64,000 nt of DNA, taken from the IMG/VR virus record IMGVR_UViG_3300028192_000001, positions 27,253 through 91,252 of that record; one strand, given 5' to 3'. Numbering within the stretch: position 1 is the stretch's first letter; each line of letters begins with the position of its first letter. The notes under the pieces are model-generated. The model was not told where the DNA came from, ran no database searches, and saw nothing but the letters and a program-made list of their open reading frames with translations. Source of the stretch: a virus. Below are positions 48,692 through 58,806 of the stretch, one piece after another. The position numbers and the translations under genes are program-made.

Positions 48692-49643
48692 ATGCTCTTG
48701 GAATGAATGCGTTAAGTAACCGTTGTCTTTCTTCTTTGCCTTGATCTAAATCTTTTACTGTAATTGAACCCATGTAATATCCACCTGGCGGGTGAGCAAT
48801 TAAATTTAAATCTTTTTCCCCATCATACTCTAAACTAATATGACGCATATTTTCATCGGACGCAATATCTTTGATAACTTGCTGATTAATTTCGTAACCG
48901 TGTTTCGGGGAGTCTTCAACAAATAATGGAAGAACATATCCACCTGGTGGTTTTTTATCACCGAGATCTTTTTTCCAAACACCATCTGAATACAATCCCG
49001 GTATTTGTTTAATATTATGTTCTCCGTATAAAGCGGCCATTTGTGGACTTATCCTTAAATGAATTTCTATAATGTTTTGTCCTATACATTCAAAATTAAT
49101 AATTCCATTAAATTCGGAATCTTTTAAATATGTCTCAATAAAATTTGTACACTTTATTGATGACTGAAGCATATTTGCGGATGTTGGTAAATTTTCATCT
49201 ACTCTTCCTTTATACTCCCAATAATCAAACATACCATCCCACGTAGGATGACCTTCTACTATAAAATAATCAATCCATTCACCTTTAGATACTACGTGAT
49301 CTATTGACCAGTGTTCACCAGTATATGCAGACATCCAGAATGCACCTGGGGAATAACTTTTTTTAAAGTCTTTTGGATTTTTTATTAGTGTAGTTCCTTG
49401 CCCACGTCCTTCTAAATTATGAATAGGCTTTTGGAATACAGGATACTCTTCTGGTTCAACTCCTGCAAATCCGTGCGGTACTTCAAGTGCCTCACACATT
49501 TTCACCTTATCATACACCCAATTAAGTGTTGGGTATTTTTTATAGGCATGAATATCGGTTAGTGGAATATCCACATCATCAGGACACTCTACTGACCCGA
49601 AAAGAGCCTTATCTTGTGGGGAATACGCACCGAGAAATGACAT
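48690..49643 (-). CDS. ATP-grasp-like hypothetical protein
   Basis: YPVFQKPI.NLEGRGQG, FW, GEHWSID, NFECIG..IIEIHLR. Confidence 0.5.
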   Translation of the reverse strand: MSFLGAYSPQDKALFGSVECPDDVDIPLTDIHAYKKYPTLNWVYDKVKMCEALEVPHGFAGVEPEEYPVFQKPIHNLEGRGQGTTLIKNPKDFKKSYSPGAFWMSAYTGEHWSIDHVVSKGEWIDYFIVEGHPTWDGMFDYWEYKGRVDENLPTSANMLQSSIKCTNFIETYLKDSEFNGIINFECIGQNIIEIHLRISPQMAALYGEHNIKQIPGLYSDGVWKKDLGDKKPPGGYVLPLFVEDSPKHGYEINQQVIKDIASDENMRHISLEYDGEKDLNLIAHPPGGYYMGSITVKDLDQGKEERQRLLNAFIPRA

Positions 49644-49684
49644 ATAAAATTTAATTATATTCTTGTTGCATTAATTATAGTATA

Positions 49685-49963
49685 CTATAATTGTTCTTCT
49701 GTGCTATCGTCTTGTACAGTTGTTGAAGTTTTAATTCTTTTATCTTGTGCTTCAATTTTTTTCTTCAAGACGTTAATTTCTTTATCTTTTTTAGCAATTT
49801 CTCTACCAACACTTTTTAAATCCTGATTCGTTTGTTCAAATTTAATCGTTAACTGTTTAAGACGACTCTCTTTGTGTCTAATAGCCAGATGAAGATCTTC
49901 CTTCTCTTCGGTAAGGTCTTTGATTGTTGCTTTAAGTTCTTGAACCAAATCTTGGTCAGACAT
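49685..49963 (-). CDS. Coiled-coil hypothetical protein
   Basis: Heptad-rich 92-aa ORF. Confidence 0.65.
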   Translation of the reverse strand: MSDQDLVQELKATIKDLTEEKEDLHLAIRHKESRLKQLTIKFEQTNQDLKSVGREIAKKDKEINVLKKKIEAQDKRIKTSTTVQDDSTEEQL

Positions 49964-50016
49964 ATAAGTGATAATTATCCAGTTTGAATATCCCCATTAA
50001 ACTATTATATAATGAT

Positions 50017-50238
50017 TTAAAAGAAAGGTTGACCAGTTTTTTTGGTAGTTTCCAAATTTTGTTTTATAATGTCTGCTACAATTTTACGTTCGTCTGTGGA
50101 CATTACCAAAGATTCTTGATACGTTACACCACCTCGCATATACCAACATATTTTAAGAAGTTCATGTTTAAGATTTTTACAGTCATTTTCTAATTCAGTA
50201 AAATACTTTAATAAGTCAGATTCCGAGAGTGTCAGCAC
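50017..50238 (-). CDS. Small baseplate/tail assembly chaperone extension, probably made by -1 frameshift from the upstream gene
   Basis: CWYMRGGVTY.E...MS..ER; GTG start lacks a spaced SD; -1 frame relative to upstream ORF. Confidence 0.7.
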   Translation of the reverse strand: MLTLSESDLLKYFTELENDCKNLKHELLKICWYMRGGVTYQESLVMSTDERKIVADIIKQNLETTKKTGQPFF

Positions 50239-50240
50239 CT

Positions 50241-51101
50241 TTATACGAAAAAATTTGCGTTATCAAATGTTATCGGTACTTGATAAGAGGCCGGTGCTCC
50301 TTTTTTAATTTGCTCTTCTGTAGCATTAACTTGAACTGGCTTCATTGAACCTTGCTGTCTAATTTTTATTAATTCCGTTTCAATGTTTTTAATCATTTTT
50401 GCTTCTGCATTATCTACAAATTCTTTAATTTGTTGTGGATCAGATACTGTCTCCCCTGTAGGTAAAGTAATCGATTCAATATTAGTCAACAAAAGTTTTT
50501 CATTAAGTTGCGTCAACAATTTAAAACTGTCAGTATATTTTTTTGTTTTTTCTTCTGCACTCAATTCTGCCGACTGCGATATTTGAGCATACTGTCTTTG
50601 CTGTTCAAATGTTTTTAATTGGGAATCTGTAATTTGTTTATAATTTAATGGTCTAACTTTAATCTTTAATCCATCTGATAATGTTGCCGTATCCTTAACT
50701 ACCTCACGTGATATATTATCTAACAGACTTGTTAGTCCGATTGCATGAGTAACTGTTTCGTTTATACCTGGTATTGTTGATTGTACATCCATGCTTTCAC
50801 CATAACTCGCAATCCTAATCCCAATTAATACAGTATCAATATCATAATTTACTAACTGCCATGGATCTAAAATATCAGGCACACACGATTTAATCACATC
50901 AATAGTGGCTTGTCCACTCATCATTGCATCTGGTGTTCTAAATGCAAGATCATCCATTGCTGTCATAGGTAAAACTGCGTGTTCACCTGTTGTTGTTTTC
51001 TTCACTACGTGAGGTGGGTATAAGTTTCCACCACTAGGAAACTTGATATAAATTGCTGGTTGTCTATAATACTTGCTTAACGGTTTAGTGTTTTCTGTCA
51101 T
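50241..51101 (-). CDS. Baseplate hub assembly protein (T4 gp26/gp51-like)
   Basis: YRQP.IYI.FPS.G, V.PMTA.D, D.D.VLI.IRIASYG; ends ANFFV. Confidence 0.75.
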   Translation of the reverse strand: MTENTKPLSKYYRQPAIYIKFPSGGNLYPPHVVKKTTTGEHAVLPMTAMDDLAFRTPDAMMSGQATIDVIKSCVPDILDPWQLVNYDIDTVLIGIRIASYGESMDVQSTIPGINETVTHAIGLTSLLDNISREVVKDTATLSDGLKIKVRPLNYKQITDSQLKTFEQQRQYAQISQSAELSAEEKTKKYTDSFKLLTQLNEKLLLTNIESITLPTGETVSDPQQIKEFVDNAEAKMIKNIETELIKIRQQGSMKPVQVNATEEQIKKGAPASYQVPITFDNANFFV

Positions 51102-51174
51102 TTTTACTTCAATAAATATATATTATTAACGTATGTATGTCTATATTTATATGCGTATATAATGGTGAAAAAAT

Positions 51175-53355
51175 ATGGAACCAGAAGTACAGAAAATATT
51201 AGAAGAATTAAAAAAAGTTACCAGTTCTGCGGAAATGGCAAAATTTGAGGCTAGCCTTAAAAAAAGCATTAAAGACCTTAAAGCAAAAGGTAAACTTGAT
51301 GAATCCGTACATAAACTTCTTATTAAAGATATAAATGCTAAAAAGAAATTACTAGAAGTTCAAACAAATCTACAAGAGCATTTTAAAAAGTTTGGTACTA
51401 ATTTAGGTTTATCTGAAATAGCGGCGGGGAGATTTGCCAAAGGTACAGAGAAAGGTACTAAATTTGTTAGTGGTTTTGGTACGGCACTATACGAAGGTAC
51501 AGGCTCAATAGCAGATTTTACAGACTCCTTAAAAGCATTTGGACCAATTGGTGAAACAGTTGCAAGATTTGGTAGTACAATATCAGGCAGTCTGGAGATG
51601 TACAGAACACTATCTTCTGTTGGTGCTTCATTTAATCAAAGTTTAGTTGAATTACGAGAAACGGCAAATGCGGCGGCATTACCATTATCAGATTTTGTTG
51701 ACCTTATTGGAAAAAATTCTGAGAACCTTGCGGCACTTTATGGATCAACTACACAAGGTGCAAGAGAGTTTTCAAAACTTTCAGAAACATTTAGAAGAAG
51801 TAATATACAATTCCTCGCACCACTAGGTTTAACGGTTGAAGAAATAAACGAACAATTACTTACAAACTTAACACTACAAAGAAGAACTGGAAGGTTTGAA
51901 CAAACAACAACTGCACAACAAATTCAATCAGGTATGGCGTTAATCAAACAATTAGATAGATTAGCAAAACTTACTGGTATTCAAAGAGATCAATTAGCGT
52001 CAACAGTTGAATCTCAAATGTCTAATGAAAGATTCCTTGCTTTCATGAATACACAAACTGAAGAAGTTAATCAACGATTATCAACATTTGCCGCTGGTGT
52101 AGGAAATCTAGCACCAGGATTAGCAGAAGGCTTCCAAGACTTAATTGCAAATGCTGGCGTACCAGTTACAGAAGCCGCACGAATGTTAGTAATGAATATA
52201 CCAGAAGCATCTGGAGTTATACAACAATTAACTGCCGGTACGATTACAACAGAACAGGCAATGGTTGCGTTAAAAACTGCCGCAATTAAATCAAACAAGG
52301 CATTAGGTGGTGTAGCACAAACTGGTGCTGTAGAGTTTGCAAAATTATATGGTGAAGTAAACAAACTTGCCACAGCAAAATTAGATTTGACTGCTGTTAC
52401 ACAAGAACAAAGAGATCAACAAGCAACACTTACAAAAGAATTAACACAATTTGAAGATGCATCAAAAAGAATGTCAAGTGCATTCCAAGGAGTAGAAACT
52501 AGTTTTATAGGATGGGTTGGAGGTTTTTTAGGAACTGGTACAGGTTCACTAACAGATACTATGAAAGGACTAACCGATGATATTAATAAGATGAGTTCTG
52601 GTACTCAAGCAGGCATATATGCCGCTATTGAAGGAATAAAAACAGTTGGCGGAATGATGAGAGAAACCGCTCCAATTACCATGGGAACATACGCCGCATT
52701 AAAATTATGGGGACCATTGGGACCAATTGGAGGAGGAGGAGGCCTTGGCAAAGTATTAGGAAAAGCAGGCAAAGTTGCAGGAGGTGTCGCAAGAGCAGGA
52801 GGTGTTGGTATAGGGTTAGGCGGTATGATGATGGGAGGCAATATTGCTGACCAGTCTGAAGGAAAAGCAGGCAAGGCAATGGGAGTACTCTCAAGTGCGG
52901 CCAGTGGTGCATTAATAGGATCCATGGTGCCAATAATAGGTACAGCACTCGGAGCCGCGATCGGCGGTGCCTACGGATTATTCAGAGCCTCTGACTATGA
53001 CGACAAGTTGTTTGGTGGTGGTGATGAAAAACGTGAGGCCGGAACATATGGCTCAACAGGTCAAATTCGAGAATCGCGTACAAGTTTAGCAACAATTCAT
53101 GCAGGAGAAACAGTATTAAATAAAGGCGAAACAGACACGTATGTTGCGAACAAAACAACTGGTGGTGATAATACTAATTTAAGAACATTACCAACAGAAA
53201 TGAAAACTATGAATCTTGCATTAGCAACTGCCGTAACTGAAATGAAAACCTTCAATAAAAGCGTAAATACTTTGATTGGTATTAACTCAGAAACAATGAA
53301 AAATACAGATAGGACACAAAGAAGACTTGCAAACAACCGTACTTCTCTTGTATAA
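51175..53355 (+). CDS. Tape measure-like protein
   Basis: Long Ala/Leu/Gln helical region, LAKLTG..R, Gly-rich hydrophobic segment, IHAGETVL; adjacent to hub assembly gene. Confidence 0.65.
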   Translation: MEPEVQKILEELKKVTSSAEMAKFEASLKKSIKDLKAKGKLDESVHKLLIKDINAKKKLLEVQTNLQEHFKKFGTNLGLSEIAAGRFAKGTEKGTKFVSGFGTALYEGTGSIADFTDSLKAFGPIGETVARFGSTISGSLEMYRTLSSVGASFNQSLVELRETANAAALPLSDFVDLIGKNSENLAALYGSTTQGAREFSKLSETFRRSNIQFLAPLGLTVEEINEQLLTNLTLQRRTGRFEQTTTAQQIQSGMALIKQLDRLAKLTGIQRDQLASTVESQMSNERFLAFMNTQTEEVNQRLSTFAAGVGNLAPGLAEGFQDLIANAGVPVTEAARMLVMNIPEASGVIQQLTAGTITTEQAMVALKTAAIKSNKALGGVAQTGAVEFAKLYGEVNKLATAKLDLTAVTQEQRDQQATLTKELTQFEDASKRMSSAFQGVETSFIGWVGGFLGTGTGSLTDTMKGLTDDINKMSSGTQAGIYAAIEGIKTVGGMMRETAPITMGTYAALKLWGPLGPIGGGGGLGKVLGKAGKVAGGVARAGGVGIGLGGMMMGGNIADQSEGKAGKAMGVLSSAASGALIGSMVPIIGTALGAAIGGAYGLFRASDYDDKLFGGGDEKREAGTYGSTGQIRESRTSLATIHAGETVLNKGETDTYVANKTTGGDNTNLRTLPTEMKTMNLALATAVTEMKTFNKSVNTLIGINSETMKNTDRTQRRLANNRTSLV

Positions 53356-53356
53356 T
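53327..53356 (+). promoter_or_regulatory. Sigma70-like promoter TTGCAA-N18-TATAAT, 7 nt before the portal ATG
   Basis: Consensus -10 at 53351-56; no SD before ATG 53364. Confidence 0.45.
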
Positions 53357-53363
53357 ATAAAAT

Positions 53364-55082
53364 ATGGCTTGGAAAAAATACTTTAAAGACGCAAACTTAT
53401 CACCGGTATCAGGAGATGCACGACCAAATTTTGCGAAAAGAAACTATTCATCTTACTTGCCTGCTGTTTATACAGGACACCCAAACAGAATTCAAAGGTA
53501 TTTTCAATATGACCAAATGGATTCAGACAGTGAAATTAATGCGGCATTAGATATTCTTGCAGAATTCTGTTCACAAACAAATAAAGAAAATGAAACTCCA
53601 TTTGATATTGTATTCAAAGACGAATCTACTAGTCACGAAGTTAAACTTTTAAAAAAAGCACTTCAACAATGGACTAAAGCAAATAAATTTTCAAAAAGAG
53701 TATTTAGAATTATAAGAAATGCATTAAAATATGGAGATTGTTTCTTTGTACGAGATCCAGAAACACACAAATGGTTATATATTGACAATGCAAAAGTTGA
53801 CAGAATAATTGTTAACGAATCTGAAGGCAAAAAACCTGAACAATATGTTATAAGAGATATTAATCCAAACTTATCAAGACTTTCTGCAACACAAATAACA
53901 CCAAACCAAGTATATGGTGGCGGTGGAACCACAGGCGGAACATTTCATCAAAATTATGCTGGTGGAGGACAAGGTGTTAATATGTCTGGCGCTGGTGGAG
54001 GACAAGGTGGAGCAGGTGGAAGATTCTACAGAACAATGAATCAATACAGCATTAATGCAGAACACGTTGTACATATGTCAATGTCAGATGGTTTAGATAA
54101 CTTATTTCCGTTTGGACAATCAGTATTAGAACAAGTTTTCAAAGTTTACAAACAAAAAGAATTATTAGAAGACGCAATTATTATTTACAGGGTTCAAAGA
54201 GCACCTGAAAGAAGAGTATTTTATATTGACGTAGGTAATATGCCAACACACTTGGCTATGCAATTCGTTGAGAGAGTTAAAAACGAAATTAATCAAAGAA
54301 GAATTCCAAGCACATCAGGTGGTGTCAACTATATTGATGCAACATATAATCCAATGTCAATTAATGAGGATTATTTCTTCCCGCAAACAGCAGAAGGAAG
54401 AGGATCTAAAGTTGATACACTACCAGGTGGTACTAATTTAGGTGAAATAGATGATCTTAAATTCTTTACAAACAAATTGTTTAGAGGATTAAGAATTCCA
54501 AGTTCTTATTTGCCAACTGGACCAGATGATGGACAACAAAACTACACTGATGGTAGAGTAGGTACTGCATATATTCAAGAATTAAGATTTAACAAATATT
54601 GTATGAGATTACAAAGTATGATACAAAATGTATTTGATTCAGAATTTAAATTCTGGATTAAAGGCAAAGGTTACAACATTGACAATGGTATGTTTGAACT
54701 TAAACTTAACCCACCACAAAACTTTGCACAATATAGACAAACTGAAATGGATCAAAGCAGAGTAAACACATTCACAGCAGTTGCTGACCTTCCTTATATG
54801 TCTAAAAGATTTGCGTTAAGCAGATACTTAGGATTAAGTGAAGAAGAAATGGCAAGAAATGCTGACTTATGGGCAGAAGAAAATGCTGTATCACAGAAAT
54901 CTCAAACAAAAAGTACACAACTACGAGCAGGTGGAGTATCACAAGCAGGTATTACATCTGATTTAGATCAATTTGAAGAACCAACACCAGACGAAGGTGC
55001 TCCACCACCAGGCGAAGGTCCTGGACCAGGAACACCAGGCGGAACACCACCAGCAACACCGGGTGGAACAAACACGTTATAG
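53364..55082 (+). CDS. gp20: Portal protein (gp20)
   Basis: LLEDAIIIYRVQRAPERRVFYIDVGNMP, EDYFFP...GRGSKV.TLPGG.NLGEIDD. Confidence 0.97.
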   Translation: MAWKKYFKDANLSPVSGDARPNFAKRNYSSYLPAVYTGHPNRIQRYFQYDQMDSDSEINAALDILAEFCSQTNKENETPFDIVFKDESTSHEVKLLKKALQQWTKANKFSKRVFRIIRNALKYGDCFFVRDPETHKWLYIDNAKVDRIIVNESEGKKPEQYVIRDINPNLSRLSATQITPNQVYGGGGTTGGTFHQNYAGGGQGVNMSGAGGGQGGAGGRFYRTMNQYSINAEHVVHMSMSDGLDNLFPFGQSVLEQVFKVYKQKELLEDAIIIYRVQRAPERRVFYIDVGNMPTHLAMQFVERVKNEINQRRIPSTSGGVNYIDATYNPMSINEDYFFPQTAEGRGSKVDTLPGGTNLGEIDDLKFFTNKLFRGLRIPSSYLPTGPDDGQQNYTDGRVGTAYIQELRFNKYCMRLQSMIQNVFDSEFKFWIKGKGYNIDNGMFELKLNPPQNFAQYRQTEMDQSRVNTFTAVADLPYMSKRFALSRYLGLSEEEMARNADLWAEENAVSQKSQTKSTQLRAGGVSQAGITSDLDQFEEPTPDEGAPPPGEGPGPGTPGGTPPATPGGTNTL

Positions 55083-55097
55083 GATTAAATAGTAAAA

Positions 55098-55340
55098 ATG
55101 AAACTATTCGAATTTATGAGATATGGAGAACAAGGATTTGAGCAAGATAAAGCATATAATCCTGATAACGATATTTCTATATTAGATAAAAATGATACAA
55201 GAAAGACTCGTTTATCATTAAACGACATTAACGAAATGCGACTGGCCTCTGAAGATCACAACGAACAACAAAAAGAAGAGGCAATATTTGTCCAAAAAAT
55301 GTATGGACAACCAGCACAAGAAGATAATCTCCAAATATAA
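55098..55340 (+). CDS. Conserved small head-module protein
   Basis: DTRKTRL.L..IN.MR...MYG; TAAATA-N6-ATG. Confidence 0.7.
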   Translation: MKLFEFMRYGEQGFEQDKAYNPDNDISILDKNDTRKTRLSLNDINEMRLASEDHNEQQKEEAIFVQKMYGQPAQEDNLQI

Positions 55341-55358
55341 TTCCAAGTAAATATTGTT

Positions 55359-55973
55359 ATGGACGTAGCATTTGTTTTAGGAAACGGTGAATCAAGAAAA
55401 GGTATTCGAATAGATAGCCTTAAAAAATTTGGCAAAACTTTTGCCTGTAATGCCGTATATCGTGAAGAAACAGCCGACGTTTTAGTTGCTGTTGATCCAA
55501 AAATGGTAATAGAAATAGCAGAATCTGATTACCTTACTAATAATGTAGTTTGGTCAAACTTCAATCAACTGTATAACAAACATCCAAATATCATGAATCA
55601 CGTACAATTCTTCCAACCATCATTAGGTTGGTCTTCAGGACCTACTGCATTAAAATTTGCCGCGGATCATGACCCTGAAAAAATATACATTTTAGGATTT
55701 GACTACCAAGGACATAATAAAAAACAACGAAAAATATTTAACAACCTTTATAAAGATACTAGAAACTATAAAAAGGGTGAAGAAGAAGCAACGTTTTATG
55801 GCAATTGGCTAAATCAAACTAAGAAAGTTTTTAAAGATTACCCCAAGATTCAATTTATACGTGTGACTCCACGTGATTGGTTCCGTCCAACCGATTTAGA
55901 ATGGAATAAAAACTTAAAACATATGGATATTGAAGAATTCTTACAGATACATAATTTACAAATTAAAATTTAG
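55359..55973 (+). CDS. Sialyltransferase/Maf-like glycosyltransferase-fold protein
   Basis: AFVLGNGESR, FACNA, WSSGPTAL, IYILGFD. Confidence 0.5.
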   Translation: MDVAFVLGNGESRKGIRIDSLKKFGKTFACNAVYREETADVLVAVDPKMVIEIAESDYLTNNVVWSNFNQLYNKHPNIMNHVQFFQPSLGWSSGPTALKFAADHDPEKIYILGFDYQGHNKKQRKIFNNLYKDTRNYKKGEEEATFYGNWLNQTKKVFKDYPKIQFIRVTPRDWFRPTDLEWNKNLKHMDIEEFLQIHNLQIKI

Positions 55974-56091
55974 TAAATCATCGTCAAAAACACCGTTTTT
56001 GTCATAAAATAGCACCTATTAGCGGTTATCATGTTAAATATGTATTACTTAATTAAGAAAACGCCGATTATTAAAAAGGAGCACGTGCAAT

Positions 56092-57057
56092 ATGACACAA
56101 CCAAGCAATAAATTTGAATCATTGTTAGAATTGCTTATCAACGAAGAAAATGATAAAGCAGAACAATTATTCCACGATATCGTAGTTGAAAAATCGAGAG
56201 ATATCTACGAAAATTTAGCAGATACAGAATCAAAAGACGAAACTGTAGATGAAACTAAAGACGAAACTAAAGAAGAAACTAAAGACGAAGCAGTTAAAGA
56301 AACTGAAGCATCTGATGAAAAGAAAGATGAAGAAGTTAAAGAAACTGAAGAAGATAAACCAGCAGAAGAAAAAATTAAAGACGAAGGAGTTTTTACTAAG
56401 GCTCCTGTAGCACCTCAAAAGTCAGATGAAGAATCAATTGAAGAAATCGGTGGCGATGCTACTGACCAATTAGTTAAAGATATATCTTCTGATGAAGAAG
56501 GTGAAGCCGATGCGGCTGTCGATGCTATCGCACCAGACATGGATGCAGATAACGGAGAAGGCGGAGAAGGCGACACTGAAGAAAGAGTTTCAGATTTAGA
56601 AGATGCTTTAGACGAACTAAAAGCAGAATTTGAAAAAATGATGGGTGGCGATGGTGAAGAAGACAATGGCGAAGAAGAAGCCTTATCTTTAGCACCTGAA
56701 GTTGCTCCACTCGAAGCATCAAGACTAGTACCAAATATGGAAGCGAAAGCAGAACCTAAGGAAACTGTAAAAGAATACAAGATCCAAAAGTCTGCGGATA
56801 ATGCCGACAAGTCTGATAGTAAAAAATCAACAGTTGCATCTAGTAACAAACCAATCAACAGTGCAAATTCTAAAGAAATATTAAAGAAAAGTTCTGAAGA
56901 TACAGGTAGAGCGGCACCAACAACCGAAAAAATGGTTAAAGGTGAAGTTGCAAATACTGGAGGCAAAGACAGTCGTAAATTATCTAACGTGAAAGTAGAC
57001 AATAAAGACGGTGCTGATGCTTCAGCAAAGAAATCACCAGTTAATTCAAGAAAATAG
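56092..57057 (+). CDS. Highly acidic prohead core/scaffold-like protein
   Basis: D/E-rich, RVSDLEDALDELKAEFE; SD AAGGAG; position upstream of protease. Confidence 0.65.
   Translation: MTQPSNKFESLLELLINEENDKAEQLFHDIVVEKSRDIYENLADTESKDETVDETKDETKEETKDEAVKETEASDEKKDEEVKETEEDKPAEEKIKDEGVFTKAPVAPQKSDEESIEEIGGDATDQLVKDISSDEEGEADAAVDAIAPDMDADNGEGGEGDTEERVSDLEDALDELKAEFEKMMGGDGEEDNGEEEALSLAPEVAPLEASRLVPNMEAKAEPKETVKEYKIQKSADNADKSDSKKSTVASSNKPINSANSKEILKKSSEDTGRAAPTTEKMVKGEVANTGGKDSRKLSNVKVDNKDGADASAKKSPVNSRK
56230..56290 (+). repeat. Short coding tandem repeat (GAAACTAAAGAN, ETKD/ETKE)
   Basis: gatgaaactaaagacgaaactaaagaagaaactaaagacgaa. Confidence 0.6.
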
Positions 57058-57083
57058 TAACTGGATTTTAAAGGAGCGGACGG

Positions 57084-57713
57084 ATGAGTTTATATCTTAG
57101 AGAACACCTAACATACGATCAGGCCAGAATGTCTATCTTACACGAAGGCGAGAATGGTAAAGATTTGTACATGAAAGGTATCTGTATTCAAGGTGGCATT
57201 AAAAATGCCAATGAAAGAGTTTATCCTGTTAATGAAATAGGAAAAGCAGTCAAAACTCTTAATGACCAAATAACATCTGGTTATTCAGTTCTTGGAGAAG
57301 TAGATCATCCCGATGATTTAAAAATTAATTTGGACCGTGTGTCTCACATGATGACTGAAATGTGGATGGACGGACCAAATGGATATGGTAAGATGAAAAT
57401 CTTACCGACACCAATGGGCCAACTTGTCAAGACTATGTTGGAATCAGGTGTGAAACTAGGCGTATCAAGCCGAGGTTCTGGTAATGTATCAGAATACGGT
57501 AACGGCGAAGTTTCAGACTTTGAAATCATAACAGTTGATGTTGTGGCTCAACCTTCGGCACCAGGTGCTTACCCGACTGCAATTTATGAACATCTTTTGA
57601 ATACAAAAGGTGGCATGAAAGCAAAAGGGTTGGCGGCAGAAGTTAGAAACGATAAAAAAGCACAAAAGTACCTCAATGAGGCATTAACAAACATAATAAA
57701 GGACCTTAAATAA
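57084..57713 (+). CDS. gp21: Prohead protease (gp21)
   Basis: NANERVYP, GEVDHP, RVSH, GVSSRGSG, DVVAQPSAPGA. Confidence 0.95.
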   Translation: MSLYLREHLTYDQARMSILHEGENGKDLYMKGICIQGGIKNANERVYPVNEIGKAVKTLNDQITSGYSVLGEVDHPDDLKINLDRVSHMMTEMWMDGPNGYGKMKILPTPMGQLVKTMLESGVKLGVSSRGSGNVSEYGNGEVSDFEIITVDVVAQPSAPGAYPTAIYEHLLNTKGGMKAKGLAAEVRNDKKAQKYLNEALTNIIKDLK

Positions 57714-57714
57714 A

Positions 57715-58779
57715 ATGATAGACGCAATATCAAAACTAGTTGAATCAGGAGCAATATCGGAAGATGTACAAAAAAGCATCCAAGAGGCTTGGGATTCAAA
57801 AGTAAAAGAAAATAGAGAAGGTGTGTCTGCCGATTTAAGAGAAGAATTTGCTAAAAGATATGATCATGACAAGGCGAACATGATTGAAGCCATCGATACA
57901 ATGATGACTGAAAAATTAAGCGAAGAAATCTCTAAATTTATAGAAGACAGAAAAGCACTTGCTCAAGAAAAAATATCCTACAAAGAAAATGTAGGCTCAC
58001 ACTCTGCCAAATTACAAGAATTCGTTCTTACTAAATTGTCAGAAGAGTTAAAAGAACTACATGGCGACCGTAAAGGTGTTCATGAAAACTTTAAAAAATT
58101 AGAAGGGTTCGTTGTAAACGCACTTGCTAAAGAAATTAAAGAATTCCATGAAGACAAAAGAGGCGTTGTGGAAACTAAAGTTAAATTAGTTGCTGAAGCC
58201 AAAAAACAAATGGCTAAACTAAAAGAGGCTTTCATACAGAAGTCTGCTAAAATAGTTGAACAAGCAGTAACTAAAAAATTGGGTGAAGAACTTACTCAAT
58301 TAAAAGAAGATATCACCAAAGCAAAAGAATCTAACTTTGGTAAATCAATTTTCGAGGCATTTGCATCTGAGTACCAGGCTTCTTATCTCAACGAGAAGTC
58401 GGAGACTGCAAAACTATTGAAAGTAGTTGATGAAACTACTCTTCAATTAGCAAAAGCCAAGGAAAGCATCGATGAGAATAAAGCGGTGATTGAGTCTAAA
58501 AACGCAGAAGCGAGAAAAACTGCAGACTTGATGGAACGTAAGGAAACGATGGCTGAGTTGCTTAAACCATTAGGCAAAAACAAGAGTGAAGTAATGAGTC
58601 AACTGTTAGAATCAGTTCAAACAGATAAACTTAAAGCATCATTCGACAAGTATCTACCTCACGTGATGGCTGATAAACCGGTTAAAGAAACTACGAAAGT
58701 ACTTTCTGAAAGCGGCGGAAACAGAGCACAGAGAGAAGATGCTGATTTAACTTACATTCGTAAATTAGCGGGTGTATAA
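57715..58779 (+). CDS. gp22: Prohead scaffolding protein (gp22)
   Basis: Coiled-coil, FG..IFEAF..E, C-terminal IRKLAG; between protease and capsid. Confidence 0.85.
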   Translation: MIDAISKLVESGAISEDVQKSIQEAWDSKVKENREGVSADLREEFAKRYDHDKANMIEAIDTMMTEKLSEEISKFIEDRKALAQEKISYKENVGSHSAKLQEFVLTKLSEELKELHGDRKGVHENFKKLEGFVVNALAKEIKEFHEDKRGVVETKVKLVAEAKKQMAKLKEAFIQKSAKIVEQAVTKKLGEELTQLKEDITKAKESNFGKSIFEAFASEYQASYLNEKSETAKLLKVVDETTLQLAKAKESIDENKAVIESKNAEARKTADLMERKETMAELLKPLGKNKSEVMSQLLESVQTDKLKASFDKYLPHVMADKPVKETTKVLSESGGNRAQREDADLTYIRKLAGV

Positions 58780-58806
58780 CATAAACTAAAAGGGGAATAG
58801 AAACAA

